In this document: positions 39,804 through 50,333 of the stretch, one piece after another
How the letters are laid out: the number at the start of each line of letters is the position of its first letter
How positions within the stretch are numbered: the stretch's first letter is position 1
Virus record (IMG/VR): IMGVR_UViG_3300027917_001949
Coordinates: 1 to 64,000 of that record
Direction: 5' to 3' (one strand)
From: a virus
DNA: 64,000 nt
Position numbers and translations under genes: made by a program
Notes under the pieces: model-generated
The model's database searches: none
What the model was told of the DNA's origin: nothing
Seen by the model: the letters and a program-made list of their open reading frames with translations, nothing else

Positions 39804-40322
39804 ATGGCGAAGAGCGACATTCTCGATAATGACCAGAATCTTACATGGTTGTGGGAACAGGTTAAATCTTCTGATGACTGGAATTCGTTACCAACTAAAG
39901 AACGTATCACATTAATGAAGCGTCTCCAAAGAGCGTTTGGTACGATTACTGAGGGTGGACAAATATCGATAGAACAGATACAGGATTTGATAATTTTAAC
40001 CAGTCCCACTATCGTGTGGGATGCCATGTTAAAGCTAAATCTACAAACCATTCAACATATGAACAAGTACGAGTTGTATTTTTACTTCCGAGCAGTGGTA
40101 GTAGGTACATGGAAAGATAGTCATCCCACTCAACAACCAATCTTGCAGAAACCCATAAAGAAACGAGATTTTATCCCCGCTTCGTGGGTGACTGCTATGA
40201 AATATGACTCTCGTAATGTAAAGGTCAAAAGGTGTGTGGTGTGTGGTGGAAAGTTAAGGAGCGACAATACCACAGGTTATTGTCGAGAATGTCAGCGAAA
40301 TGGACAGTGCAGTGGATATTAG
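39804..40322 (+). CDS. Hypothetical protein with C-terminal Zn ribbon
   Basis: CVVCGGKLRSDNTTGYCREC. Confidence 0.6.
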   Translation: MAKSDILDNDQNLTWLWEQVKSSDDWNSLPTKERITLMKRLQRAFGTITEGGQISIEQIQDLIILTSPTIVWDAMLKLNLQTIQHMNKYELYFYFRAVVVGTWKDSHPTQQPILQKPIKKRDFIPASWVTAMKYDSRNVKVKRCVVCGGKLRSDNTTGYCRECQRNGQCSGY

Positions 40323-41304
40323 TATTGCAATGGTTGAGGATTTAACGATTCGTCAACGCAGGTCGGACGAGATTTTAGGGGTATGCCCTGTGTGCGGTTG
40401 TGACGACGCTAATTTCAATACAACAAAACTTAAATGGAGATGTTGGCATTGTCCTGCTAAGGGTAATATAACACCGGAAGAAGGTTACGTATTTCAGGAA
40501 GTTGAAGAGAAACAGATTGATATAACTAAAGTTAGAGAACTGTATACATCTATTGCTAACCAATATCATGATGACATAACTGATGAAGCTGTTGACTACC
40601 TGAAAAATAGGGGTCTTACACAGGACACCATTGATAAATTTAAGTTGGGGTTCTGTTCTACAAGATTCTATTCCGAGTATGATACAGACATATCTGAGGA
40701 CTCGGGTATTGTCTATAATAATCATCCAGCATTAACTAACAGAATTACTATTCCCTACATTGTGAACGGGGAAACAACGGATATACGTGGTAGGACATTA
40801 AGTACCTTAACGTATAAACCAAATACTCCAACGTACCTGAGCTTGTCCGGTAATCACAAGATGCGTGGAGCGACTTACTTATTTAATCATGATGTTATTG
40901 ACCATTATGATAGAGTAATCATTACCGAGGGAGAGTTTAAAGCCATTGTCGGTTACCAGTTTGACTTTCCCGTAGTTGCTACTCCAGGAATATTTGGATG
41001 GCAGAAAGAGTGGTCAGAGTTGCTAACAGATAAGGAAGTCATCCTTGCAGCAGACTTTGATAGGCGATATGGGGCACGTGCACCTGTATACATGATGGCA
41101 AAATCGTTGAAAGACGAAATACCACAATTAAAAATCGCACAATTATCTTACGCATCTGATGTAATAGATGGTAAGATAGACATTGATTCATTACTGGTTA
41201 ACGGTAGTATCAGTAGGTTCAGGTTAGCGATTAGAGCTGCCGTACCAGTAAACGAGTGGCTTGAGATAGCAAAAAGGAGATGGGATGGCAGACGACACGA
41301 CTAA
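40300..41304 (+). CDS. DNA primase (DnaG-type)
   Basis: CPVC/CWHC Zn finger, YLKNRGL...FKLGF, RITIPY, IITEGEFK TOPRIM, DFD. Confidence 0.9.
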   Translation: MDSAVDISIAMVEDLTIRQRRSDEILGVCPVCGCDDANFNTTKLKWRCWHCPAKGNITPEEGYVFQEVEEKQIDITKVRELYTSIANQYHDDITDEAVDYLKNRGLTQDTIDKFKLGFCSTRFYSEYDTDISEDSGIVYNNHPALTNRITIPYIVNGETTDIRGRTLSTLTYKPNTPTYLSLSGNHKMRGATYLFNHDVIDHYDRVIITEGEFKAIVGYQFDFPVVATPGIFGWQKEWSELLTDKEVILAADFDRRYGARAPVYMMAKSLKDEIPQLKIAQLSYASDVIDGKIDIDSLLVNGSISRFRLAIRAAVPVNEWLEIAKRRWDGRRHD

Positions 41305-42856
41305 AACCATTGATGATGCGGATTTGTTGACTGAAGATGAAGATGACTTGTTTGATACGATGTTCAACGAGTCACCAGATACGGTAATGACTGCCGATGA
41401 TACAGAGCTAACGGTCAAGAAAGACCTTGCAGAGGAAGCAGTCTTATCAATGATGATGCATGATGACGAGATAGCTGAATATATCATTACTCAGAGCGGT
41501 ATCACGGCTGACCATTTCTTAAAACGTAAAAATCGTTTACTGTATCCGGTCATATTATCAGTACGTTACAGCAAGGGTGCGTCTACTCTTGACTTTATTG
41601 AAGAAGCTATTGAGAGCGAGACATTACCGGACGGTAAATCGCTTATTGACCACATTGGTGGGTGGAAAGAACTTGGTATAATCGAAGAAGCTACTCCAAC
41701 GGTGTTGGATTTTAGGGTAGCTGAGGGTTATGTTAATATTGTCAAAAACCGGTATCGACTAACCAAAATGAAGGAAAAAGCTAATTGGTTGGTAGCTCAA
41801 AACAAGTTTGATGACCTTAAGTTTAGTGAGGTATTGTCGGAGTTACAGAGTATTGTTGCAGAGACCACGAGTGAACGTGGGCTTGTTCCAGTCGATGTTC
41901 TGTCTACTGAGATGTATGCTAGATACATAGACCGTAAAGAGAATCCAGAAAAATATAAACCAATACCGACTGGGTTTTATTTTATGGACTTGTTTCGTAC
42001 AATACAGAGAAAATGTCTTGCTGTTTTCGGTGCAAACACTAACGTAGGTAAAACTATCATTATCGGTAACATGATTACACCCATGATGTTGAGTGGTTAT
42101 AAGGTAGTACTGTTTACACCAGAAGTTGACAATCTTGAATTTATGGACAGAATCGTATGTGCTGAAGCTGGTGTTCCGCTCGATGATTGGAAAGACGGTA
42201 TAATTAGTGAGGGTGACAACCATAAGATTGGGATAGTCAAGAATAAATTTATTGCCCATGCTAACAATTTGTTCATTGATGACAAGGGTTCTCAGACGAC
42301 GAGCTATATTTTGAATAGTCTGAGGAGACACATGATTAGTCATAAAGTTGACGTTGTGGTCGTTGATTACTTACAAGGTCTTACTCCTGAAGCTTCCGGT
42401 AGACGTGATGATAGACGACAACAGGTTAACGATGCAATGACCAGATTCAGAGCGTTTGCAAAGGAAAATGATATTGCTTTTATTGTAGTTAGTCAGCTAC
42501 GACGTAGCCGTGATGAAGAACCTCAAATACAGGATTTGAAGGAGAGTGGTGATATTGAGAACATTGCCGACGCAGTAGTTCTTATACATCGATTTAGTGA
42601 GACCAATCCAATTGACCGGAAAAAGGGATGGTATAAGATAGTTAAGAATCGACATGGTAGGAAATCGAACACCGTTCTTTTGGACTATGATGAGGATATT
42701 TTGAAATTCACGGAAGTACCACCGGACACGTCAAGTGTTGAAGATTATAGCACAGATGTCGAAGAACAGGGTCATGATGATGTAGCTGATGACGAGCAAT
42801 CAGGTTTTGGTGATACGTTAGATACGTTTAAGAAGGAGAAACATGTCAGTTCGTAA
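41285..42856 (+). CDS. Replicative helicase (DnaB-like)
   Basis: GANTNVGKT, VVVDYLQ, SQLRR, DLKESGDIENIAD, KNRHG. Confidence 0.93.
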   Translation: MADDTTKTIDDADLLTEDEDDLFDTMFNESPDTVMTADDTELTVKKDLAEEAVLSMMMHDDEIAEYIITQSGITADHFLKRKNRLLYPVILSVRYSKGASTLDFIEEAIESETLPDGKSLIDHIGGWKELGIIEEATPTVLDFRVAEGYVNIVKNRYRLTKMKEKANWLVAQNKFDDLKFSEVLSELQSIVAETTSERGLVPVDVLSTEMYARYIDRKENPEKYKPIPTGFYFMDLFRTIQRKCLAVFGANTNVGKTIIIGNMITPMMLSGYKVVLFTPEVDNLEFMDRIVCAEAGVPLDDWKDGIISEGDNHKIGIVKNKFIAHANNLFIDDKGSQTTSYILNSLRRHMISHKVDVVVVDYLQGLTPEASGRRDDRRQQVNDAMTRFRAFAKENDIAFIVVSQLRRSRDEEPQIQDLKESGDIENIADAVVLIHRFSETNPIDRKKGWYKIVKNRHGRKSNTVLLDYDEDILKFTEVPPDTSSVEDYSTDVEEQGHDDVADDEQSGFGDTLDTFKKEKHVSS

Positions 42857-43283
42857 AGGAAAAGCGTTTGAGAAAGAGACAGCAGAATTAGCTGGAAAGT
42901 ATGGTAAGCGAGTCAGGGGTTCAGGTGCTATAGGTACGGTTGATGGATATAGGGCGTACGTCGGAGATGCTAAGTGGTATTTTCCATTCAGGTTTGGTGG
43001 GGGAAATCATATCCATATAGAGTGTAAACACGGGTATGATAGAAGTAAAAAAGAACAGAAGTCGATGACCATCTATCGTGAGTGGTTTGAGAAGCATTTA
43101 GCGCAAGCGAAAGCGTTCGATTTCGTTCCTATGTTCGCAATGAAGTTTAAGTTCACCCAACAAAATGGATTAAGTAAGTTTATGCTGATTCCATTCCCTG
43201 TTATGGAGCAACTCATTAAGGATGTAGAAAACCTGTACCTTGAAAATGAGGAACTTAAAGAGGAGTTAGCAAAGAAACAATGA
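42843..43283 (+). CDS. Holliday junction resolvase-like PD-(D/E)xK nuclease
   Basis: RKGKAFEKE, GSGA, GD, IECK. Confidence 0.7.
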   Translation: MSVRKGKAFEKETAELAGKYGKRVRGSGAIGTVDGYRAYVGDAKWYFPFRFGGGNHIHIECKHGYDRSKKEQKSMTIYREWFEKHLAQAKAFDFVPMFAMKFKFTQQNGLSKFMLIPFPVMEQLIKDVENLYLENEELKEELAKKQ

Positions 43284-43927
43284 ATCTTACCTTTTTAGAA
43301 GTGCGTGATTTGAACGAAGCGTGGTGGAAATGTATACGTGAAGTCTTGTTACATGGTAGAGATTATATCATAGACAAGGGTAGTTTTGAGGGGCAGAAAC
43401 GAAAGGAATTAGACCTCTTGATTTGTCAAATCAAGTATCCAAATACTAGACCACTTGTACCGGTAGTACCGGACGGTGTCCCACCACCCGCAGATATGCA
43501 CTATGTTGAAACAGATTATCTGCAATATCTCATGACTGATAATAAACAACCGGATGAGATGTATACGTATGGTGAGGATATAGAGAAGCAGTTTATCGAA
43601 ATATGCGAGCGATACAAGAACTATGGGTATAACACGAATCAGCTTACCATGTCCATAGGAAATAGCAATTCAATCTTCTTAGAGCATTCCCAGTGTCTAC
43701 GACTGATTGATACACGGGTATTAGATGGTAAGCTTAATTATGTTGTGTACTTCCGGTCATGGGATTTGTGGGGAGGTTTCCCCGTTAATTTAGCTGGTAT
43801 TCAGTTAATGAAAGAGATGATGGCAGCAGATATAGGGAAAGAGGATGGTGAAATAATTGCTATCAGTAAAGGTCTTCATCTCTATGACCACCAATGGGAA
43901 GTTGGAAAAATAGTTGCGAGGTTATAA
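43280..43927 (+). CDS. Short thymidylate synthase-family enzyme
   Basis: YTYG, QCL, YFRSWDLWGGFPVN, GLHLY. Confidence 0.85.
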   Translation: MNLTFLEVRDLNEAWWKCIREVLLHGRDYIIDKGSFEGQKRKELDLLICQIKYPNTRPLVPVVPDGVPPPADMHYVETDYLQYLMTDNKQPDEMYTYGEDIEKQFIEICERYKNYGYNTNQLTMSIGNSNSIFLEHSQCLRLIDTRVLDGKLNYVVYFRSWDLWGGFPVNLAGIQLMKEMMAADIGKEDGEIIAISKGLHLYDHQWEVGKIVARL

Positions 43928-44922
43928 TGAAGAAAATAGATGCTATAAGAGAAGCAAAGAAAGTTATCGAAACTGGTAATTTCCCTAACGTTCAGGGTGT
44001 CGGGATTGGTTATAAGGTCAAGAATGGGAAGAAGACTAAAGAGCTAGGTGTCATAGTTTTTGTGGATAAGAAGCTTACTGAAGCTCAGTTGACATCACAA
44101 GGTGTGATACCAAAGACAGTAGCGGTTTCTGACAAGGACGTAAAGACAGACGTGGTCGAGTCTGGTACATTTAAAAGTCTCGAATTAACAGATAGAATGA
44201 GACCAATTGTTCCTGGATATTCGGTTGGACATCCAGATATTACGGCTGGTACACTTAGTTGTATTGTGCTGTGTGATGGTGAACTGTGTATCTTGAGCAA
44301 CAATCATGTTCTAGCTAACGTCAACAAGGCTCAGATAGGTGACCCAATTGTCCAACCAGGAACTTATGATGGTGGTTCATTGCCAGATGACATAGTAGCT
44401 ACATTATATGATTATGTTAAAATTGAGACGCTATTGAGCCAGTGCAAGTTTAGTGTAGCGGTTGCCAACTTATTCAATTTCTTTGCGAAGAAAGCTAAGA
44501 AGAAGACTAGGCAGAAGTTAACACCGATTGTCCCAATTGGTAATCTTGTTGATTGTGCGGTAGCATTGATTGCACCAGATACTTCTGTACAACTTGAAGT
44601 ACCGAATATCGGTATTCCGACAGGGATGGTAGATGGTGATTTGGGAATGAGGATTCGTAAGACTGGTAGGACATCTGAGTACACTGAGGGTGAGATTACT
44701 GCGGTTGAGGCAACTATCAATGTTCAGATGGGTGAAGCTGGTATTGCGGTGTTCACTGACCAGATTATAAGTGATATTCCTAGTGCGGGTGGTGACTCGG
44801 GTTCAGCAGTTTTCGATGATGGAACGAACCTAGTAGGGTTGCTGTTTGCAGGTGGTGAAGGAATCACTGTGCTAAACCGAATTCAGAATGTGTTTGAGGC
44901 ATTAGATTTAGAGTTACCATAA
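43927..44922 (+). CDS. Trypsin-like serine protease
   Basis: LSNNHV, VDCA, GDSGS triad motifs; KTGRTS. Confidence 0.85.
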   Translation: MKKIDAIREAKKVIETGNFPNVQGVGIGYKVKNGKKTKELGVIVFVDKKLTEAQLTSQGVIPKTVAVSDKDVKTDVVESGTFKSLELTDRMRPIVPGYSVGHPDITAGTLSCIVLCDGELCILSNNHVLANVNKAQIGDPIVQPGTYDGGSLPDDIVATLYDYVKIETLLSQCKFSVAVANLFNFFAKKAKKKTRQKLTPIVPIGNLVDCAVALIAPDTSVQLEVPNIGIPTGMVDGDLGMRIRKTGRTSEYTEGEITAVEATINVQMGEAGIAVFTDQIISDIPSAGGDSGSAVFDDGTNLVGLLFAGGEGITVLNRIQNVFEALDLELP

Positions 44923-45123
44923 GTGCGAAAGAACAAGTATTATACTTTATTTACCAAGGAAGATATTCCAAATGACGAGGAGCGTGTAGCAGTTAATTGT
45001 TACTACGCTGTCCTCGTCCCGTGTAACGAAAAGAGGGCAAGAAGATGCAGGAATGACTCTTTTCGAATGTGGCGTAACTGCCCCAAACAAACGGGTAAAA
45101 GATATAGAGGAGAGACTACATGA
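44923..45123 (+). CDS. Small hypothetical protein
   Basis: Fills gap; stop overlaps next ATG. Confidence 0.4.
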   Translation: MRKNKYYTLFTKEDIPNDEERVAVNCYYAVLVPCNEKRARRCRNDSFRMWRNCPKQTGKRYRGETT

Positions 45124-46169
45124 TAGATTGGACTTTTGATAAGTCACGACGTTTGACCGAATTGGTTTGCGACGATGCACGTTACAGTGAATACAAAATT
45201 GCTGAGATTATGACGGAAGAGTTTGGTGAGACTTTCAGCAGAGACGCTGTTCACAACAAGATTATACGTCTTGAAGTTAGGTCTCTTCTTGATAGACCGA
45301 TTCCAGATAGGATGCCATACTATAATGCTTATAAAGATATTATAGAGGGTAATGACGAACCGGATAAAGTCTTCGAGTTGAAACCAGACCAGATGTATAT
45401 CGATTTACCGAAGGATTTAAAGATACTTCATTTAGGTGACCCACACATACCGTTCCAGAACGATGACCAGATACAGGATGCAATCAATAAACACGCAACA
45501 GCGGATATAGTGGTTACGACAGAAGTTATCGATTGTTACTCAATTTCACGATTTAACAAGAATTTAAGTGTTCCGTTCGAGGTTGAGGTTGACAGTGCGG
45601 TGCGGTATTTAGAGACTTTGAGTGAAAATTTCCCACTTGTTATAATCACATCTGGTAACCATGATAAACGAATTGATAAAGCATTTATGCGTGGTGTACC
45701 ACCAGCCCTACTCTGGTTAGTTAAAGGAAGTATTTTAAAACTTCTTGCAAAACCATTTCCTAATGTAATCGTATCAGAGACACCTGTTCTCCAGATAAAT
45801 GATGCGGTGTTCGCTCATGCTGAGTTCTTTTCAAAGATAGATTTAAGGTCTGCAATGAACGTAAGAACATTCTTGCAGGAATGGAAAGAAACCCTTGATT
45901 TGAGAGACTTTAGACTGGTTGTTGAATCACACACTCACATGATGGGTGCAACGTATCGTGGTGGTGCTACTAAAATAATGGAAAGCGGGTGTTTGTGCAA
46001 AGTACCAGACTATGCGGTTATTGGTTTTTACAGTAAACCTCAGACAAACGGGTATATAACCGTTGTTCAACGGGGTGGGGTTACTGATTTTAACGCTACA
46101 CGTGAGTATGTGTTCCCAACTGAGAAGTATGCACCAGATAGTCCAACAGGGGTGAGGTTTGAAATATAA
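45120..46169 (+). CDS. Metallophosphoesterase with N-terminal HTH-like region
   Basis: GDPHIP, SGNHD, SHTH, ESGCLC. Confidence 0.85.
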   Translation: MIDWTFDKSRRLTELVCDDARYSEYKIAEIMTEEFGETFSRDAVHNKIIRLEVRSLLDRPIPDRMPYYNAYKDIIEGNDEPDKVFELKPDQMYIDLPKDLKILHLGDPHIPFQNDDQIQDAINKHATADIVVTTEVIDCYSISRFNKNLSVPFEVEVDSAVRYLETLSENFPLVIITSGNHDKRIDKAFMRGVPPALLWLVKGSILKLLAKPFPNVIVSETPVLQINDAVFAHAEFFSKIDLRSAMNVRTFLQEWKETLDLRDFRLVVESHTHMMGATYRGGATKIMESGCLCKVPDYAVIGFYSKPQTNGYITVVQRGGVTDFNATREYVFPTEKYAPDSPTGVRFEI

Positions 46170-46504
46170 TGAGTTATCGAATAGAGGGTGATGGGAGTTA
46201 CAATAATACTAAGATATGGCAGGAAGGTGAATTAATTGAGTGGAATCACTGTCGTATTATTATTAATCCTGAACGGTATTATGCGATAGTTGACGGTGAG
46301 CCTAACCCTTTATCTCGTATCGTACTGTTGGGAATTTATCAGATTGTTGGTGATGGGTCATACTCTAATACAAGACTGTTCGTCGGAGAAACATTCATTC
46401 ACGGTGTTCAACAAGTGTGTTTAGACATTGACAGTAGTTGTCACACGAAGATGACGTTAGATGCAATTTGGTTACCTAACCTAGTGGAGGACGATGGTGT
46501 ATAA
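46169..46504 (+). CDS. Hypothetical protein with internal GDGSY.NT duplication
   Basis: ORF. Confidence 0.6.
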   Translation: MSYRIEGDGSYNNTKIWQEGELIEWNHCRIIINPERYYAIVDGEPNPLSRIVLLGIYQIVGDGSYSNTRLFVGETFIHGVQQVCLDIDSSCHTKMTLDAIWLPNLVEDDGV

Positions 46505-46922
46505 CATTTACGTGGATGGTTCTGCTCGTCCAAACCCTGGTATTGCAGGTTATGGATTGTGGATTGAGCATCGTGGAAACTACCAATCAATTGTTAAGGT
46601 ATTAGCGGGTACGCACACCAATAACGAAGCTGAGTATCATGCTGTTCTGGCTGCACTCCAGTGGATGCAGAGTATCGGTTCGGATGAGGATATTACAATA
46701 TTCAGCGACAGCAAATTGGTGGTGAATCAGCTTAACGGTTCGTGGAAATGCAATGAACCTAAGTTAGTGTATTACCGTAATCGAATAAACGGTATTATAG
46801 AGCAATTTGTGACCAGTGGGTGTTGTGTCGATATACGATGGATTTCTAGGGTAAATAATGAGTTAGCTAATGATTTAGCTCAAGCAATTACTCAAGCAGA
46901 GAAGGAGAGGATAAATGGCTAA
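46494..46922 (+). CDS. rnhA: Ribonuclease HI
   Basis: YVDGSARPNPG, TNNEAEY, SDSKLVVNQ, WISR..NELANDLA. Confidence 0.92.
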   Translation: MVYNIYVDGSARPNPGIAGYGLWIEHRGNYQSIVKVLAGTHTNNEAEYHAVLAALQWMQSIGSDEDITIFSDSKLVVNQLNGSWKCNEPKLVYYRNRINGIIEQFVTSGCCVDIRWISRVNNELANDLAQAITQAEKERING

Positions 46923-47319
46923 ACCAGATACTGAGTTCAGTGAAGTAAAGGATAGTGGAAAACGTCAGGAGTTTAACACTGGTAGTAAGAGAGATACCAG
47001 AGAAGGAAAGGGACGCTATGACCTCATACCAGCGTATGCTCTGTCACGGCTTGCGAAGCACTATGAGAACGGTGCGGATAAGTACGGTGATAGGAACTGG
47101 GAGAAGGGTCAACCACTATCGAGATACCTTGATTCAATGATTCGCCATGGTTTCAAGTTTCTTGGTGGTAGCAGGGATGAAGACCACCTAGCGGCAGTTG
47201 CGTGGAATGCACTTGCTTTTATGGAAACCGAGTACAGGATTAATCAAGGCATACTACCGAAGGAACTGGATGATATAGAACCAGTGAGGCAGATATTGGA
47301 TGGACAAACACAAGAATAA
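46915..47319 (+). CDS. DUF5664-like dATP/dGTP diphosphohydrolase
   Basis: GKGRYDLIP, GADKYGDRNWEKG, RH, EDHLAAVAWN. Confidence 0.85.
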   Translation: MAKPDTEFSEVKDSGKRQEFNTGSKRDTREGKGRYDLIPAYALSRLAKHYENGADKYGDRNWEKGQPLSRYLDSMIRHGFKFLGGSRDEDHLAAVAWNALAFMETEYRINQGILPKELDDIEPVRQILDGQTQE

Positions 47320-47689
47320 AGCATTAGAGGATGATTGTCTCTGTACACAATGTAAGTATAGATTTCAATGTTTTACACAGGAACGAGTGTTTTCTGACCC
47401 ACTCTATCAAGGTTTATTTGAAGCGTTAATGGCTAAGGGTAGGTCACGTGAAGAAGCTATTGAAGAGGTTGCCAACGAGTTAAAACTAAGTATTGGTGGA
47501 GGTTTTAAGTTTACCGGTGACATTGTTGTTGGTGAAACATCATATCCATGGAAGTACTACTATCCAGAGTCAGGTAACACTTTTTCAGTCGATGGAGACC
47601 AAATCACGTACACAATGAGTACAGGAGAGGAAGTTAGCTGGTATGCAGGTACAGACGGAATTGGGGACATACGAATACATTTACAGTGA
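47300..47689 (+). CDS. Hypothetical protein with CxxCxxRFxCxT motif
   Basis: CTQCKYRFQCFT. Confidence 0.65.
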   Translation: MDKHKNKALEDDCLCTQCKYRFQCFTQERVFSDPLYQGLFEALMAKGRSREEAIEEVANELKLSIGGGFKFTGDIVVGETSYPWKYYYPESGNTFSVDGDQITYTMSTGEEVSWYAGTDGIGDIRIHLQ

Positions 47690-49664
47690 GTCGGATGTAC
47701 CCCGTGTCTTAGAAGAATTAAAGCAATATAAATATATTTCATTAGATACTGAGAATAGTGGTGGTCTCGACCCCATCGCAGATACGATTCGAGTATTACT
47801 ATTACAGCTAGAAGCTGGTGGAAAAGCTTTTGTTATTGACGTAAGAAAAGTAAGTATGCATCTGTTCAGTGATATTCTTAGTAATCGACAGTGGATTAAG
47901 ATAATTCAGAATGCCGTGTATGACTACAAGATGATAAAGCATATCTATGGTATTCCAATTAGGGGGATATTTGACACCCAAACGTCGGAATCATTATTGT
48001 TTGCCGGATTAAAGAAAAGCGGGTTTTCGTTAGAGGTCTTAGCAGAAAGTTATGCTGGTATTACTATGAATAAGGATACCGTCATGTCGTTTGTTAACCA
48101 TCCATATGATGAACCGTTCTCTAGTGAACAGCTACGGTATGCGGCAGATGATGTTCTCATTCTACCACGAATACACAATAAACAGCAGAAACTTTTGACT
48201 GAGTATGGTCTTAATCAGACTGCGGCATTGGAATTTGCTCTCATTGAACCAGTAGCGGAGATGGAACTTGCTGGTGTTCGAATCGATGATGAAATGTGGA
48301 AAGTAAGCTTGCAGAACACCAAGGGTAAGTTATTTGAAGTGGCGGCAGAGTTAAGGTCGGTTTTACCTGCACCTACACCACCTCCACCAAAACCGGTCAG
48401 GTTGAGGAAAGATGGTACTCCATATGCTAATCAAGCAAAACCTAAACCACCACCTGTTCTAAATCTTGATAGTTGGAAGCAACTGGTTGTGGCGTTTGAG
48501 GAGATAGGGGTTGATTTAGAGAAAGCTAATAGTGTCACGAAACGTGGTCTCACTAACAATTCAACCATTAAATATGCGCTAACCATGTATCGTGGTGAAT
48601 CCGAGAAAACTAAACCGCTAAATGATTTATTAACTTACCGTGGTCTAAATCAGGTTGTGAAAACTTTTGGTGACAATCTTCTTGCGTTCATCAGAGCAGA
48701 TGGTCGTATTCATGCGAGATTTAACCCGAATGGAACTGATAGTGGTAGGTTTAGTAGTACTGAACCAAATCTTCAGAACATCCAGAAGAAGGGTACAGAG
48801 GGCAAAATTCTGCGTTCGTGCTTTATTCCGGCTGATGGGTATAAATATATTATTGCTGACTATTCTCAGATTGAATTGAGAATTGCGGCAGAGTTAAGTA
48901 ATGACATTGCTATGATGGCAGCTTTCCAAGACCCTAGTAGTGATATTCACCGCTCAACAGCATCTCAGATGTATAAAGTCCCGTATGACAAGGTAACGAA
49001 TGATTTGAGGAAAGCAGCAAAGACACTTAACTTTGGTATCATCTATGGGATGATGATTAAAACTCTATCAGAACGGTTAAACTGTTCCACAGCGGAAGCG
49101 CAAACAGCGTATGATAAGTATGTTGATGCATATGATGGACTGATGAAATGGTTGACTAGTGCGAGCGATAAGTCGTACAAAGATGGTCGTACAAGTACGA
49201 TGGGTGGACGTATCCGATGGTTTCCACGTCTTGACCCCGATACTTTTGAGACGAAACGTGACTTCAAGAACATGGTTGAGTATTACAAGAGAGTCGGTAG
49301 AAACCATCCTGTTCAGGGTACATCTGCGGATATGACAAAGACATCTATTGTACTAATGCATCGTCCATTACTTGAACTTAACGCTAAATTAGTTAATACT
49401 ATTCATGATGAGGTGTGTGTTGAAGCACCAGTCGAGCATACATTTGAAGCGGCACGTATAGTTCGTGACAAGATGATAGAAGCGGGTGAGCGATACCTTA
49501 AAAATATACCTGTTCTCGTTGATGTGAAGATACGTGATTGTTGGTTCAAGGATGATGATGTCGAAGATGATGAATACGGTCAGCAACTATGGCTGATGCC
49601 AAATACTTGGGGATTAGATTTGAGTCGTGACAATGATGACGATGATGTACAAGGAGAGGAATGA
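47643..49664 (+). CDS. DNA polymerase family A with 3'-5' exonuclease
   Basis: LDTE, YAADD, SGRFSS.EPNLQN, DYSQIELR, KTLNFGIIYG, QGTSAD, TIHDE. Confidence 0.96.
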   Translation: MQVQTELGTYEYIYSESDVPRVLEELKQYKYISLDTENSGGLDPIADTIRVLLLQLEAGGKAFVIDVRKVSMHLFSDILSNRQWIKIIQNAVYDYKMIKHIYGIPIRGIFDTQTSESLLFAGLKKSGFSLEVLAESYAGITMNKDTVMSFVNHPYDEPFSSEQLRYAADDVLILPRIHNKQQKLLTEYGLNQTAALEFALIEPVAEMELAGVRIDDEMWKVSLQNTKGKLFEVAAELRSVLPAPTPPPPKPVRLRKDGTPYANQAKPKPPPVLNLDSWKQLVVAFEEIGVDLEKANSVTKRGLTNNSTIKYALTMYRGESEKTKPLNDLLTYRGLNQVVKTFGDNLLAFIRADGRIHARFNPNGTDSGRFSSTEPNLQNIQKKGTEGKILRSCFIPADGYKYIIADYSQIELRIAAELSNDIAMMAAFQDPSSDIHRSTASQMYKVPYDKVTNDLRKAAKTLNFGIIYGMMIKTLSERLNCSTAEAQTAYDKYVDAYDGLMKWLTSASDKSYKDGRTSTMGGRIRWFPRLDPDTFETKRDFKNMVEYYKRVGRNHPVQGTSADMTKTSIVLMHRPLLELNAKLVNTIHDEVCVEAPVEHTFEAARIVRDKMIEAGERYLKNIPVLVDVKIRDCWFKDDDVEDDEYGQQLWLMPNTWGLDLSRDNDDDDVQGEE

Positions 49665-50059
49665 GCTATAAGAGATTTGACAAAGATTTATACAACCAGT
49701 GGGATGATAAAGCAAAGCAAGTTGTCATGACGTATTTTGCATCGAATGGGATACGTTTAAAAGTAAACCCAAATAAATATGGAATTGACCTTTTAGACAG
49801 GGTTGGAGTTGGGGTCGAGGTTGAGGTCAAGGAAGTGTGGGAAGATGTTTTCCCGTTTGAGACAATTCATATACCATACCGTAAAAAGAAGTGGGTGAAC
49901 GGGAAGAACTTGTTTGTTATCTTAAATCGTCGTCTATCTAAAATGGCAATTATTGACAGTGTTGATATGACAAACATTGTAACAAAGGATACGATTTATA
50001 CGGACAAAGAAAAGTTTTATGAGGTATCCATTGATAAGATAACCATAGTTAACTTATAG
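49661..50059 (+). CDS. Putative PD-(D/E)xK nuclease-fold protein
   Basis: YGIDL...VEVEVK. Confidence 0.5.
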   Translation: MSYKRFDKDLYNQWDDKAKQVVMTYFASNGIRLKVNPNKYGIDLLDRVGVGVEVEVKEVWEDVFPFETIHIPYRKKKWVNGKNLFVILNRRLSKMAIIDSVDMTNIVTKDTIYTDKEKFYEVSIDKITIVNL

Positions 50060-50069
50060 GAGAGGAATA

Positions 50070-50333
50070 ATGGAAATATTTATTTACTTGACAAATGGTA
50101 ATGTTGATGTGTATGAGGTAGATAGTCCATGGAAAGCTAGGGAACACGCAGAAAAAATATGGAAAGGTGGTTACCGAATGCGTGTTGGTTCTAGGATGGA
50201 GTGGTTTGGTCCTCATTACATAGATAAGATTTGTTGGGACATGGATGAAGAGGATTATCTATCTGTTAAATATGAGAGTCCTAAACAGCAAGCTGATAGA
50301 GAATCGGTAAGGGGGCATCGTGGAAGCGCATAG
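50070..50333 (+). CDS. Hypothetical protein
   Basis: ORF with GGAGAGG RBS. Confidence 0.6.
   Translation: MEIFIYLTNGNVDVYEVDSPWKAREHAEKIWKGGYRMRVGSRMEWFGPHYIDKICWDMDEEDYLSVKYESPKQQADRESVRGHRGSA

Noticed and set aside
46915-47319. 2-aminoadenine (Z) genome
   Set aside because: No PurZ visible; DUF5664 alone is insufficient
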